This document shows positions 25,774 through 34,540 of a DNA stretch of 36,270 bases, piece after piece. Under the pieces are notes generated by a model. It was not told the origin of the DNA and ran no database searches. It worked only from the letters and a program-made list of their open reading frames with translations. The position numbers were made by a program, and so were the translations under genes. The DNA lies in the NCBI GenBank assembly GCA_025964405.1, contig JAOPYW010000247.1, positions 1 through 36,270 of the forward strand, given 5' to 3'. Every line of letters starts with the position of its first letter. The stretch's first letter is position 1. This DNA comes from Thermoleophilia bacterium (GTDB lineage: Bacteria > Actinomycetota > Thermoleophilia > Gaiellales > SKUG01).

Positions 25774-27303
25774 ATGCACGTCGGGCAAACGAGCCGCATG
25801 CCTTCTGCTGCGCGCCGCTTCCCCCATGCCCTGCTCCTGCTCGTGATCGTGGGGTCGGCACTGCTGCTGACGCTCGCGCAGGCGCCGAGTGCGCCGGCCG
25901 CGACGGGCCGCGTCACGAACGGCGCGACCGTGACCGCCGAGGCCTACGCCGCGCGCTGGACGGCGATCGCAGCCCTCGTGGGATCGAGCGAGAAGGACGC
26001 GCGGCTCGGCCAGTTCTGCGGTGGCACGTTCGTGTCGGCGACCGAGGTCGTGACCGCAGCGCACTGCGTCTTCGACGACGAGGACGTGATCATCTTCCAG
26101 GACGGCGACCACGTCTCGTACTTCAACTTCACGTCGACCGGCGACCCGAAGGAGCTGCAGGTGCTCGGCGGCCGCCGCGTGCTGAGCGACGCCGACGGCG
26201 TGCGCCTCAACGTCTCGCACGTGCTCATCAATCCGCGCTACGACCCGCGCACGAGCCGCTACGACAGCGCCGTGATCGTGCTCAAGGATCCGGTGCCGAC
26301 CGGCAGCGGCATCACGTTCATGCCGCCGATCGAGGCGGGCAGCGACGCGGCGTGGGGCGCGGGCGGCGGCATCGCGGCCGGCGCGAACGGTCCGTTCATC
26401 GCGGGCTGGGGCTACCGTTGGCTGCCCAACCAGTCGTTCCTCTTCACGGGCGCGAACCACACGCCGACCCACCGCCCCAAGAACCCGAAGGTGCCGGCGT
26501 CATCGTCGAACGCACGCTCGGGCACTGCGGCCAAGGCCGCCCCGGCCGGCAAGTCGTCACGGAGCGTCGCCAACGGCCTCGAGGAAGCAGCGCTCCCCAT
26601 CGTCAGCGACCGCGCGTGTGACGTCGGCGGTGCCGGAGCGGGACTCGGCTACGGCCGCGACTTCGATCCGAGCACGATGGTCTGCGCGGGCACGCTCGAC
26701 ACGAGCGACGCGAACGACGAGGGCGCCGTCACCAACGGGGTCGACTCCTGCTACGGCGACAGCGGTGGTCCGCTGATGGTCACCACGGCCGCAGGCCCGC
26801 GGCTCGTCGGCATCGTCAGCTTCGGCGAGGGATGCGCGACGCGCGACACGTACGGGGTCTACACGCGCGTGGCGGCGATGCGCCCCTTCCTGGCCGGCAA
26901 CCACGGCATGCCGGTCGCGAACAAGAAGGCCCCGAAGGTGCTCGGCACGCCGTCGACGGGCTCGACGCTCCACTGCGCCAAGGGCACGTGGACGGGTGCG
27001 GGACCGATCCGCTACAGCTACCGCTGGGTGCGCTCGTTCGAGAACGACTCGAGCAACGACGAGTACGGCATCTACGAGCGTGTGCCCGGGAGCTACCTCG
27101 GCGGCAAGTACAAGGTGAAGTACGCCGATCGCGGTTCGCTCATCCGCTGCATCGTCATCGCGAAGGGCGCGTCGTCGACGAAGGCCGTCGTCTCCGCGTT
27201 CGCGAAGGTGCCGGGCCGCGTGCCCGGCGCGCCGGTGCCCTCCTCCAGCGAGGGAAGCGACGAGGGTGGCGAGGACTTCTCGCTCTCGACCTTCGGTCAC
27301 TGA
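25774..27303 (+). CDS. secreted trypsin-like (S1 family) serine protease with a C-terminal extra domain
   Basis: Signal peptide RRFPHALLLLVIVGSALLLTLAQAPSAPA. Catalytic His in TAAHCV, Asp in RYDSAVIVL, Ser in GDSGGPL. A C-terminal ~110 aa follows (TLHCAKGTWTGAGPIRYSYRWVR). Alternative starts at 25744 and 25798. Confidence 0.85.
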   Translation: MHVGQTSRMPSAARRFPHALLLLVIVGSALLLTLAQAPSAPAATGRVTNGATVTAEAYAARWTAIAALVGSSEKDARLGQFCGGTFVSATEVVTAAHCVFDDEDVIIFQDGDHVSYFNFTSTGDPKELQVLGGRRVLSDADGVRLNVSHVLINPRYDPRTSRYDSAVIVLKDPVPTGSGITFMPPIEAGSDAAWGAGGGIAAGANGPFIAGWGYRWLPNQSFLFTGANHTPTHRPKNPKVPASSSNARSGTAAKAAPAGKSSRSVANGLEEAALPIVSDRACDVGGAGAGLGYGRDFDPSTMVCAGTLDTSDANDEGAVTNGVDSCYGDSGGPLMVTTAAGPRLVGIVSFGEGCATRDTYGVYTRVAAMRPFLAGNHGMPVANKKAPKVLGTPSTGSTLHCAKGTWTGAGPIRYSYRWVRSFENDSSNDEYGIYERVPGSYLGGKYKVKYADRGSLIRCIVIAKGASSTKAVVSAFAKVPGRVPGAPVPSSSEGSDEGGEDFSLSTFGH

Positions 27304-27309
27304 GGGCAC

Positions 27310-27331
27310 GTGCGCGCCTGCGAGCGCGCAC
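27310..27331 (+). terminator. hairpin after the S1 protease gene
   Basis: GTGCGCGC-CTGCGA-GCGCGCAC begins 7 nt after the stop. No U-tract. Confidence 0.4.
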
Positions 27332-27402
27332 ATGAGGGTGTCGGGTTGAACTAGGCAATTCGTCGTGTTCGCGCGGTCGGCGGTGGGTCCCACACTGGGC
27401 CC

Positions 27403-28308
27403 ATGACCACCTCGATCACACCCGGCAGCGCAGCCAGCACGCCGAGCCTGACGCCGCTCGCCACTGCCGCGAACACGGGCGGCGGCGCGACCGCGCCTCC
27501 GTCGCTGGCGACCGCGATCGCCGACCTGACGCAGGCGGTCTCCGCGCTCAGCGCCGCCGTGCAGGCGCTCGCCGGCGCGTCGCAGGTCGCAGGTGGCGGA
27601 CCGACCACGAACGCCGCAGGCGGGTGCAGTTGCGGATCTGGTGCGGCCGAGGGTGCCGCCGCCGGTGCAGCGAACGGTGTCACGGGTGGCGGCGCGACAG
27701 GTGCGCCATCCACCGTCCCCACGCAGGGATCGCCGAGCATCCCGGGAAGCACGACGCCGACGTCGCCCGCGACGCCCGCCCCGCCGGCAGCGGGCGCGCC
27801 GTCGTCGTCAGTGCGCGACAAGATCCTCGCCGCCGCGCGCGGCGAACTCGCCAAGAACGTGACCGAGGACGCCGGTGCCAACGAGGACCGCGCCGGCAAC
27901 ATCAAGAAGTACCGGGCCGCGGTGACCGGCGGCATCTGGGCCGACGGCCGCGGGCCCGAGGAGTGGTGCGCCGACTTCGCGTCGTGGGTCTGGAAGGACG
28001 CCGGCGCGGCCTTCGGGCCGAAGGGAACCGGCGAGGCCAACACCTCCAACATGATCCAGCAGGCCAAGGAGCTGGGGTCGTGGAAGACGAATGACCCGAA
28101 GCCCGGCGACATGGTGCTGTTCGACTGGGGCGGCGCACGCGGCACGCCCGACGAGGCGAGCGTGGTCGACCACGTCGCGATCGTCGACCGCGTCGAGAAC
28201 GGCACGGTGTACGTCATCGGCGGCAACCAGTCGGATGCGCTCACGGCGGTCGACTACGGCATCGACGACAAGCACATCCTCGGCTACGTGAACCCGCCGG
28301 GCGCCTGA
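27403..28308 (+). CDS. CHAP domain peptidoglycan hydrolase with a non-catalytic N-terminal module
   Basis: Catalytic Cys in EEWCADFASWVW and His in VVDHVAIVDRV, followed by VIGGNQS. The N-terminal ~70 aa are homologous to the N-terminus of the M23 protein at 9706..10470. Confidence 0.88.
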   Translation: MTTSITPGSAASTPSLTPLATAANTGGGATAPPSLATAIADLTQAVSALSAAVQALAGASQVAGGGPTTNAAGGCSCGSGAAEGAAAGAANGVTGGGATGAPSTVPTQGSPSIPGSTTPTSPATPAPPAAGAPSSSVRDKILAAARGELAKNVTEDAGANEDRAGNIKKYRAAVTGGIWADGRGPEEWCADFASWVWKDAGAAFGPKGTGEANTSNMIQQAKELGSWKTNDPKPGDMVLFDWGGARGTPDEASVVDHVAIVDRVENGTVYVIGGNQSDALTAVDYGIDDKHILGYVNPPGA

Positions 28309-28330
28309 TGCGTCGACGCCGTCGAGCAGG

Positions 28331-28402
28331 TGTCCCAGGCAGGAGTCGAACCTGCGCGCACCGCTTAGGAGGCGGATGCTCTATCCACTGAGCTACTGGG
28401 AC
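28331..28402 (-). tRNA. tRNA-Arg (anticodon CCT)
   Basis: The reverse complement folds as a cloverleaf. Acceptor GTCCCAG/CTGGGAC. D-arm GCTC-AGTGGATA-GAGC. Anticodon arm CCGC-CTCCTAA-GCGG (with a flanking T-T mismatch). T-arm GCAGG-TTCGACT-CCTGC. Discriminator A. CCA is not encoded. Confidence 0.9.
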
Positions 28403-28456
28403 CTGGGGCGATTGTACGCGGCGACGCGCGGAGCGGGCCACCTGTAGGATTGCCGG

Positions 28457-29635
28457 GTGGACTTCGTGATGCTCGATTCATCTGCGGCACTGGCCGAACT
28501 GTGCGACGAAGCACGTGCTTCCGGACGCCTCGGCCTCGACACGGAATTCCTCTGGGAACGCACGTACTCGCCGCAGATCTGCCTCGCGCAGGTGAACGTC
28601 AACGATCGCGTGTACCTCGCCGATCCGCTCGACGGAGTCGACCTGCAGCCGATCTCCGACCTCATCTCCGACCCCGACGTCGAAGTCGTGATGCACGCCC
28701 CGCACGCCGACCTCGTTGCGTTCGCGCTGCGCCACGGTGCGGAGCCGGTCAACACGTTCGACACGCAGGTCACCGCGGGCTTCACCGGCCTGAGTGCGGG
28801 CCTCGCCTACGAGAAGCTCGTCTACGAGGTCACCCGCCAGAAGGTGCAGCCGAGCGAGAGCTTCAGCGACTGGAGCCGGCGCCCGCTGCAGGACAAGCAG
28901 CTGCAGTACGCCGGCGAGGACGTCGAGCACCTCTTCAACATGCGCGACACGCTCGTCGCGAAGCTCCGCGACCTCGGTCGCGAGGAGTGGGCACGCGAGG
29001 AGCTGATGCGCCGGTTCGACGGCGTCGAGCACTTCATGACCGCGCCCGACGAGGCGTGGCGCAAGGTCGGTCGCCGCGGCAAGCTCGGCCCGAGTGACCT
29101 CGCCGTGCTGCGGGAGGTGGCCGCCTGGCGCGAGAACCTCGCACGCTCGCGCGACCTGCCCGTGGGGTGGGTCGCCAAGGATCCGACGATGATCGAGATC
29201 GCGCGCCGCCAGCCGGCGTCGCAGCGCGACCTCGTGCGCGTGCGCGGCGTCGACGGGTCGATGAAGGCCCGCGAACAGTCGGAGCTGCTCGCCGCGATCG
29301 AACGCGGGCGCAGCGCACCGCCGATCGTCGAGGAGGGGGCCCCGCCCGTGCGTGGCGTGCGCCGCCGCGTCGCCGTCGCCAAGGGGCTCGCGACCGCCCT
29401 GCTGCGCGCGCGCTGCGAGGCGGAGGAGATCGCCTCGGAACTCGTCGGCACGTCGAGCGACGTCGAGGAACTCATCGGCTGGATCGCCGGCGGCAAGGCG
29501 GAGGGCGACGCACCGTTCCTGCTGCGCGGGTGGCGGGAGCCGTTCGGGCTCGACCTCGTCGACCTCGTCGACGGACGCATCCAGCTCCAGCTCGTCGACG
29601 ACGACCCGTACCTGGTGATCCACCGGGTCGACTGA
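28457..29635 (+). CDS. rnd: ribonuclease D (DEDD 3'-5' exonuclease plus HRDC domain)
   Basis: ExoI motif LGLDTEF, followed by VMHAPHADL and QLQYAGEDVEHL. An HRDC-like region follows (LREVAAWRENLARSRDLPVGWVAKDPTMIEIARRQP). GTG start at 28457. Confidence 0.85.
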   Translation: MDFVMLDSSAALAELCDEARASGRLGLDTEFLWERTYSPQICLAQVNVNDRVYLADPLDGVDLQPISDLISDPDVEVVMHAPHADLVAFALRHGAEPVNTFDTQVTAGFTGLSAGLAYEKLVYEVTRQKVQPSESFSDWSRRPLQDKQLQYAGEDVEHLFNMRDTLVAKLRDLGREEWAREELMRRFDGVEHFMTAPDEAWRKVGRRGKLGPSDLAVLREVAAWRENLARSRDLPVGWVAKDPTMIEIARRQPASQRDLVRVRGVDGSMKAREQSELLAAIERGRSAPPIVEEGAPPVRGVRRRVAVAKGLATALLRARCEAEEIASELVGTSSDVEELIGWIAGGKAEGDAPFLLRGWREPFGLDLVDLVDGRIQLQLVDDDPYLVIHRVD

Positions 29636-29636
29636 C

Positions 29637-30338
29637 GTGAGCGACGCCGCGCCCGCACCGGATCCCGACCGCCAGGCCCACTCGGCCGCGATCGAAGACT
29701 ACGTCAAGGCCATCTGGCTCATCTCCGAACGGGGGGAGGTCACGAGTGGCCAGGCGATCGCCCACCAGCTCGGGGTCAGCCAGGCGTCGGTCAGCGGCAT
29801 GATCCGCAAGCTCGACGAACTCGAGCTCGTCGAGTACGAGGCCTATCGGCCGGTGCAGCTCACGGAGAAGGGGCGACTCGTGGCGCTGGAGGTCGTACGC
29901 CACCACCGCCTGCTCGAGCTCTTCCTGTCGGAGGCCCTCGGCATGAGCTGGGATCGCATCCATGCAGAGGCCGAGATCCTCGAGCACCACATCAGCGAGG
30001 AACTCGAGGACCTGATCGCGGCGAAGCTCGGCAACCCGCAGTTCGATCCGCACGGGCATCCCATTCCAGCCCGCGACGGACGCGTGCCGGAGCTGTCGGC
30101 GACGCCCGTGGCGGCGCTGCCGGTCGGCGCCCGCGGCGTGCTGCGCCAGGTGCGCGACGAGACCCCCGAGGTGCTCCGGTTCCTCGCTGAGCGGAGCATC
30201 ACCGTGGGCGCTCAGCTCGAGGTGATCGACCAGTCGCCACACGCCGGCACGACGACCGTGCAGGTCGCGGGCGTGGCCGAGGCGGTCACGATCGGCAATG
30301 CACTCGCACGCCACATCGACATGGCCGTCGACGCCTAG
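29637..30338 (+). CDS. DtxR/MntR-family metal-dependent transcriptional regulator with a C-terminal FeoA/SH3-like domain
   Basis: IEDYVKAIWLISERGEVTSGQAIAHQLGVSQASVSGMIRKLDE...RHHRLLELFL...HAEAEILEHHIS...DPHGHPIP. The GTG start is 1 nt after the rnd stop. Confidence 0.9.
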   Translation: MSDAAPAPDPDRQAHSAAIEDYVKAIWLISERGEVTSGQAIAHQLGVSQASVSGMIRKLDELELVEYEAYRPVQLTEKGRLVALEVVRHHRLLELFLSEALGMSWDRIHAEAEILEHHISEELEDLIAAKLGNPQFDPHGHPIPARDGRVPELSATPVAALPVGARGVLRQVRDETPEVLRFLAERSITVGAQLEVIDQSPHAGTTTVQVAGVAEAVTIGNALARHIDMAVDA

Positions 30339-30359
30339 CGTCAGGCGCTCGGCCGTGGC

Positions 30360-31157
30360 TCAGAGGAAGGGCCCTGAGCTGCCCGGCAGGTCGGGCGGCG
30401 CCGTGGGGGGTCGATAGGCCGGTGCCGCGCCCCCGCCGGGCATCGGCACGGCCATGGTGGGGGGCTCGTGCTGCGCCTGCCGCCGGCGCCGCTTGGCGAC
30501 GCCGCGCCGCACGGCGGTCACGACGATGATCGTCATGCCGAGCAGGAATCCGAGCAGGCTCGGCACGACGATGTCGCGGAACTCCCCGAGCAGGCTGAAC
30601 GAGGTGATCGCCGCGCGCGAAGGCGTGTCGCCCCCACCCTCGGGCGCGTCGAACGCGACGAGCACGCGGTATCGACCTGCCGCCTCCGTGGTGAACTCGC
30701 CCACCTGGAGCCCGTGGCGGTCGTTGATCTCGATCGTCGAGGTGGAGCCGCCGCTCCGCGGACGGAATGCGACGGGATCCCCGTCTGGATCGGTCACGGT
30801 CACCGTGGCCTTCGGGGGCGGCGGCGTGTGCTCCGTGGTCGCGGTCGTGGCCGCCCCCGTTCCGGCTCCGACCGTCGTCGACATGGTCGAGCTGAACTTC
30901 TGCGCGCCGGCGCTGCCGTCGATCCAGATCGCGTAGACGGCGACCGTGCGGGCCGCGGGGAGCTCCACCGACTTCGGGGTGCCTGGCTTGAGCTGGTGGT
31001 AGCCGTCGCGCACGTGGCCGACCGCATGTACCGCGTTGCGCACGGAGACGAAGGCCCCCGTCGCCAGTACCGCGACGGCGACGAGGTACCACCACCAGGC
31101 AGGGCGCAGGGGCCCGAGGCGGGCAGGTCGTTGTGGGGGCACGGCGGAGGACGTCAC
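30360..31157 (-). CDS. hypothetical membrane protein (two TM helices flanking a ~165-aa beta-rich domain, Pro-rich tail)
   Basis: TM1 AWWWYLVAVAVLATGAFVSV and TM2 VVPSLLGFLLGMTIIVVTAV, followed by RRGVAKRRRRQ. No family recognised. Confidence 0.6.
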   Translation of the reverse strand: MTSSAVPPQRPARLGPLRPAWWWYLVAVAVLATGAFVSVRNAVHAVGHVRDGYHQLKPGTPKSVELPAARTVAVYAIWIDGSAGAQKFSSTMSTTVGAGTGAATTATTEHTPPPPKATVTVTDPDGDPVAFRPRSGGSTSTIEINDRHGLQVGEFTTEAAGRYRVLVAFDAPEGGGDTPSRAAITSFSLLGEFRDIVVPSLLGFLLGMTIIVVTAVRRGVAKRRRRQAQHEPPTMAVPMPGGGAAPAYRPPTAPPDLPGSSGPFL

Positions 31158-31180
31158 GGGGCGATCGTGCCCGGGGCAGG

Positions 31181-32068
31181 TCAGTCGCGAACCAGCAGGC
31201 TGGCCTGCCAGTCGCGGAACGCCTCCGCGCGCACGGGCAGCACGAGTGGCGCTCCCACGAGTTCACTGCCGAGCTCGGTCGCGATCGTCGCGGCGAGGTG
31301 GGCCGGGAGCACGTCGTGCTCGGGCGATACCACGCAGCGCAGCCGCAGGCGGGTCGGTTCGTGGTCGGCGCCTCCGAGGTCGACCAGTTCGATCGGCCGC
31401 GTCCAGAGCGAACCATCGTCGGCGGATTCGCGCTCGACGATGCCGAGCACGATGCGTTGCCCGGCCAGGCCGCGCACCGCGAGGTCGATGCGGTATTCGC
31501 GCTGGCCGTAGGACCAGCGCGTGAAGGCGTTGAGTGACCCGTTGAGGAGCACGACCGAATCGCCTCCGAGCGTGCGCAGGCGCGTCGTGCGCAGCGAGAA
31601 CTCCTCCACGACGCCCGTGGCGCCGCCCTCGCCGTGGCGCGTGATCACGTCACCTACCGCGAAGTGCCCCTCGAACAGCAGCAGCGCGCCCGCCACGACG
31701 TCGCCCAGCAGCCGCTGGAACCCGAAGCCGATGAGCACGCCGAGGAGCGTGGCGCTGAAGACGGCGCTCGTCGCGCCCGGGCTGATGATGTTGATCGCGG
31801 CGACGAGCGCCGCGCCGTAGATGCCGTAGCGGACGAGGCTCTCGAACAACGTGGCCAGCGTCTTCTGCCGCTTCACGCGTGTCAGTCGCTCGGGCCCGGC
31901 CTTGGCGGCTGACAGGTCGAGGCGACGCCAGTACGAGCGGCGCACGACGCGGATCGTGATCCGCTGGATGATCACCGCCGCGACGAGCAGTGCGGCGATC
32001 GCGGCCAGCTTCGTCAGCCAGCCCGAGATGTCGCCGAGCTCGTTCCAGGCGTCGCGCACCACGTGCAT
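31181..32068 (-). CDS. mechanosensitive ion channel family protein (MscS-like)
   Basis: Pore helix and beta domain: GVLIGFGFQRLLGDVVAGALLLFEGHFAVGDVITRHGEGGATGVVEEFSLRTTRLRTLGGDSVVLLNGSL. Confidence 0.9.
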   Translation of the reverse strand: MHVVRDAWNELGDISGWLTKLAAIAALLVAAVIIQRITIRVVRRSYWRRLDLSAAKAGPERLTRVKRQKTLATLFESLVRYGIYGAALVAAINIISPGATSAVFSATLLGVLIGFGFQRLLGDVVAGALLLFEGHFAVGDVITRHGEGGATGVVEEFSLRTTRLRTLGGDSVVLLNGSLNAFTRWSYGQREYRIDLAVRGLAGQRIVLGIVERESADDGSLWTRPIELVDLGGADHEPTRLRLRCVVSPEHDVLPAHLAATIATELGSELVGAPLVLPVRAEAFRDWQASLLVRD

Positions 32069-32088
32069 CCGTCAGCCCCCGAGGGATG

Positions 32089-32406
32089 TCACTCGGACGC
32101 GGCGCCCGCGAGGGCTGCGTCGACCGGCGCGACGCGGCGCTCCGGCACGGGGTAGCCGAGCTGGTTGCACAGCGAACCGCGCTCGGATTCGGCGAGCGAA
32201 TCCCAGTACCCGGTCACGTACGCCAGCCGGAGCAGCCATCCGAGGAACTCGGTGTCGAGCTCCTCGCCGCGCTCGAAGAGCATCGACCAGACATCTGTCA
32301 GTCGCATGTCGACTTCGAGCCCGATCTTGTCGAGCGACTCGGTATCAATTGCCAAAGCGCGATCCGTCATGGCGGAGATGGTAGGAGGGCCATCGGACGG
32401 CGCCAC
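32089..32406 (-). CDS. small acidic hypothetical protein
   Basis: The GTG at 32406 is preceded by GGAG with an 8-nt spacer. An alternative ATG at 32370 gives MTDRALAIDT. No motif recognised. Confidence 0.45.
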   Translation of the reverse strand: MAPSDGPPTISAMTDRALAIDTESLDKIGLEVDMRLTDVWSMLFERGEELDTEFLGWLLRLAYVTGYWDSLAESERGSLCNQLGYPVPERRVAPVDAALAGAASE

Positions 32407-32505
32407 AGCGCGGACTCCGAGGAATTGTGGAGGTGCGAAAACGCTACCTGCGTGAATCCGCGCGAAGCTGCGAGTCGGACGCAGCGCGTGCGCCTGCAGC
32501 TCCCC

Positions 32506-33708
32506 CTACTCGACCGTCATCGGGCCGTCGTCGGAGCCCTCGGCGCCCGCTGACCAGGAGTACTTGTATGACGGGTCGTCCCACGCCTCGGCGGCAGCGG
32601 CGAGCTTGAGCGGCCGGAAGGTGTCGACCATCACCGCAGCCTCGTCGGTCCAGTGCTTGCCGAGGGTCGCCTCGTCGAGGCCGGGCTGCGGCCCGTGCGG
32701 CAGGCCCGACGGGTGGAGCGTGACGCTCGACAGGTCGATGCCACGCCGGCTCGCGAAGTTGCCGTTGAAGTAGTACAGCACCTCCTCCGAGTCGAGGTTC
32801 GAGTGGTGGTACGGCACCACGACCGCGTCCTTGTCCCAGTCGAGCATGCGCGGCATGAACGAGCAGACCACGAAGCCCGGCCCGCGGAAGGTGAGGTGCG
32901 CGGGCGGCGGCTGGTGCAGGCGCCCGGCCTTCGGCTCGAAATCCCAGATGTTGAACGCGTACGGGTAGTTGCAGCCGTCCCACCCGATCACGTCGAACGG
33001 GTGGTAGTCGAGCTCGTAGACCTGGAACCCGTGGTTCACCTTGAGCAGCAGCTCGTGCGAGCCCCCGGCCTCCTCGCCGTGGTACTCGAGCGTCTCGGGC
33101 GTGCGGAAATCACGGTGGTAGTAGGGCGCGTGCTCCATGAGCTGCCCGAACGAGTTGCGGTAGTCCTTGGGGATCGTGAAGTGGCCCGGCGTCTCGAGCA
33201 CGAGGTGCCGTTGGGTGGAGCCTTGCGCGAGCTCGAAGCGGTAGATCGTGCCACGCGGGATGATGAGGTAGTCGCCCGGGCCGTAGGTGATCGTGCCGAA
33301 CATGGTGTGCAGCACACCCTCACCCTCGTGCACGAAGATGATCTCGTCGCCCATGCCGTTGCGGTAGAAGCGCACCTGCTCGTCGGTCGGCCGCACGTAC
33401 CACATGGTGATGTCGTTGTTGTAGAGGAACGGCTGGCGCCCGGAGACGGCATCCCCGCCCTCGGGGAAGTCCTTGAGGCGCAGGTGACGGTGCGCCCACT
33501 CCCGCGGCACCCACTCCTGGATGGGGCGCGGCTCGAACGGCTGCGCGTGCTTGATGCGCGCCGGCGAGTGGCGGTGGTAGAGGATCGACTCGGGCCCGTC
33601 GAAGCCCTCCAGCCCGAAGACCTCCTCGACGTAGAGCTTGCCGTCGGGCGCACGGAACTGGGTGTGTCGCTTGCGCGGCACCTCACCCATGGCGTGGTAC
33701 ATCGGCAT
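32506..33708 (-). CDS. hmgA: homogentisate 1,2-dioxygenase
   Basis: 400 aa. MPMYHAMGEVPRKRHTQF...GDEIIFVHEGEGVLHTMFG...GDYLIIPRGTIYRF...VVPYHHSNLDSEEVLYY...LHPSGLPHGPQPG are typical HGD cupin-fold motifs. Confidence 0.9.
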   Translation of the reverse strand: MPMYHAMGEVPRKRHTQFRAPDGKLYVEEVFGLEGFDGPESILYHRHSPARIKHAQPFEPRPIQEWVPREWAHRHLRLKDFPEGGDAVSGRQPFLYNNDITMWYVRPTDEQVRFYRNGMGDEIIFVHEGEGVLHTMFGTITYGPGDYLIIPRGTIYRFELAQGSTQRHLVLETPGHFTIPKDYRNSFGQLMEHAPYYHRDFRTPETLEYHGEEAGGSHELLLKVNHGFQVYELDYHPFDVIGWDGCNYPYAFNIWDFEPKAGRLHQPPPAHLTFRGPGFVVCSFMPRMLDWDKDAVVVPYHHSNLDSEEVLYYFNGNFASRRGIDLSSVTLHPSGLPHGPQPGLDEATLGKHWTDEAAVMVDTFRPLKLAAAAEAWDDPSYKYSWSAGAEGSDDGPMTVE

Positions 33709-33746
33709 GACGGTCCTCCTCGACGCGTGGGCCAGCTGCCGAGAAC

Positions 33747-34457
33747 CTATCGCGCACCGATGGTCGCGTGCAGCGAGCCGAGCCGCTCCACGCGCAGCTC
33801 GACGCGGTCACCCGGCTGCAGCCACGCGCGATCGGGGTGCTCGAGCAGGCACCCCGTGCCGACGGTGCCCGAACCGAGGTAGTCGCCGGCCTGCAGCTCC
33901 ACGTCGGCGCTCGCGACCTCCACGAGCTGCGCGAGGTCGAAGTGGATGTCGGCCAGGTTGCCCCCACCGACGCGCTCGTCGTTGACCAGCAGGTCCATCG
34001 CGAGGTTCCACCGACCACGACCGGTGCGCACGTCGGCAAGGTCTGCCAGGGGAACCAGGTGCGGCCCGAGCGACTGCGCGAAGTCCTTCGCCTTCGCCGG
34101 CCCGAGCCCCACCGCCATCTCCGGGCGCTGCAGGTCGCGCGCCGACCAGTCGCCGTAGATCGTCAGGCCGGCGATGTGGGCCTCGGCGTCGTCGGCGGCG
34201 ATGTCGCGACCGGGCACCCCGATCACGAGCGCGACCTCGAGCTCGACGTCGAGCATGCGACTGGCCGCAGGACCGACGATCGTGGCCCCGTCACCGTGCA
34301 CCACCGAGGGCGTCGAGTTCGTGAAGTAGAAGGTGGGTGCCAGGTACCACTCGGGCGGCACCTCCGCTCCACGCCGCGCCCGGGCGTTGCGCACGTGCTC
34401 CTCGAACGCCATGAAGTCGCGGATGCTGGTGGGCTGCGGAAGTGGGAGCTGGGCCAT
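33747..34457 (-). CDS. fumarylacetoacetate hydrolase (FAH) family protein, short form
   Basis: SIRDFMAFEEHV...DVELEVALVIG...GLTIYGDWSARDLQ...GPAKAKDF...GDYLGSGTVGTG are FAH-fold motifs. It ends 38 nt upstream of hmgA on the same strand. Confidence 0.85.
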   Translation of the reverse strand: MAQLPLPQPTSIRDFMAFEEHVRNARARRGAEVPPEWYLAPTFYFTNSTPSVVHGDGATIVGPAASRMLDVELEVALVIGVPGRDIAADDAEAHIAGLTIYGDWSARDLQRPEMAVGLGPAKAKDFAQSLGPHLVPLADLADVRTGRGRWNLAMDLLVNDERVGGGNLADIHFDLAQLVEVASADVELQAGDYLGSGTVGTGCLLEHPDRAWLQPGDRVELRVERLGSLHATIGAR

Positions 34458-34540
34458 GCCGCGAGGCTACCGGAACCTCGGCGCCCTGCGGGGACGCGCA
34501 GACCGCCCGCCGCCCCTTGCGCACCCTTCCGCGATCGAAC

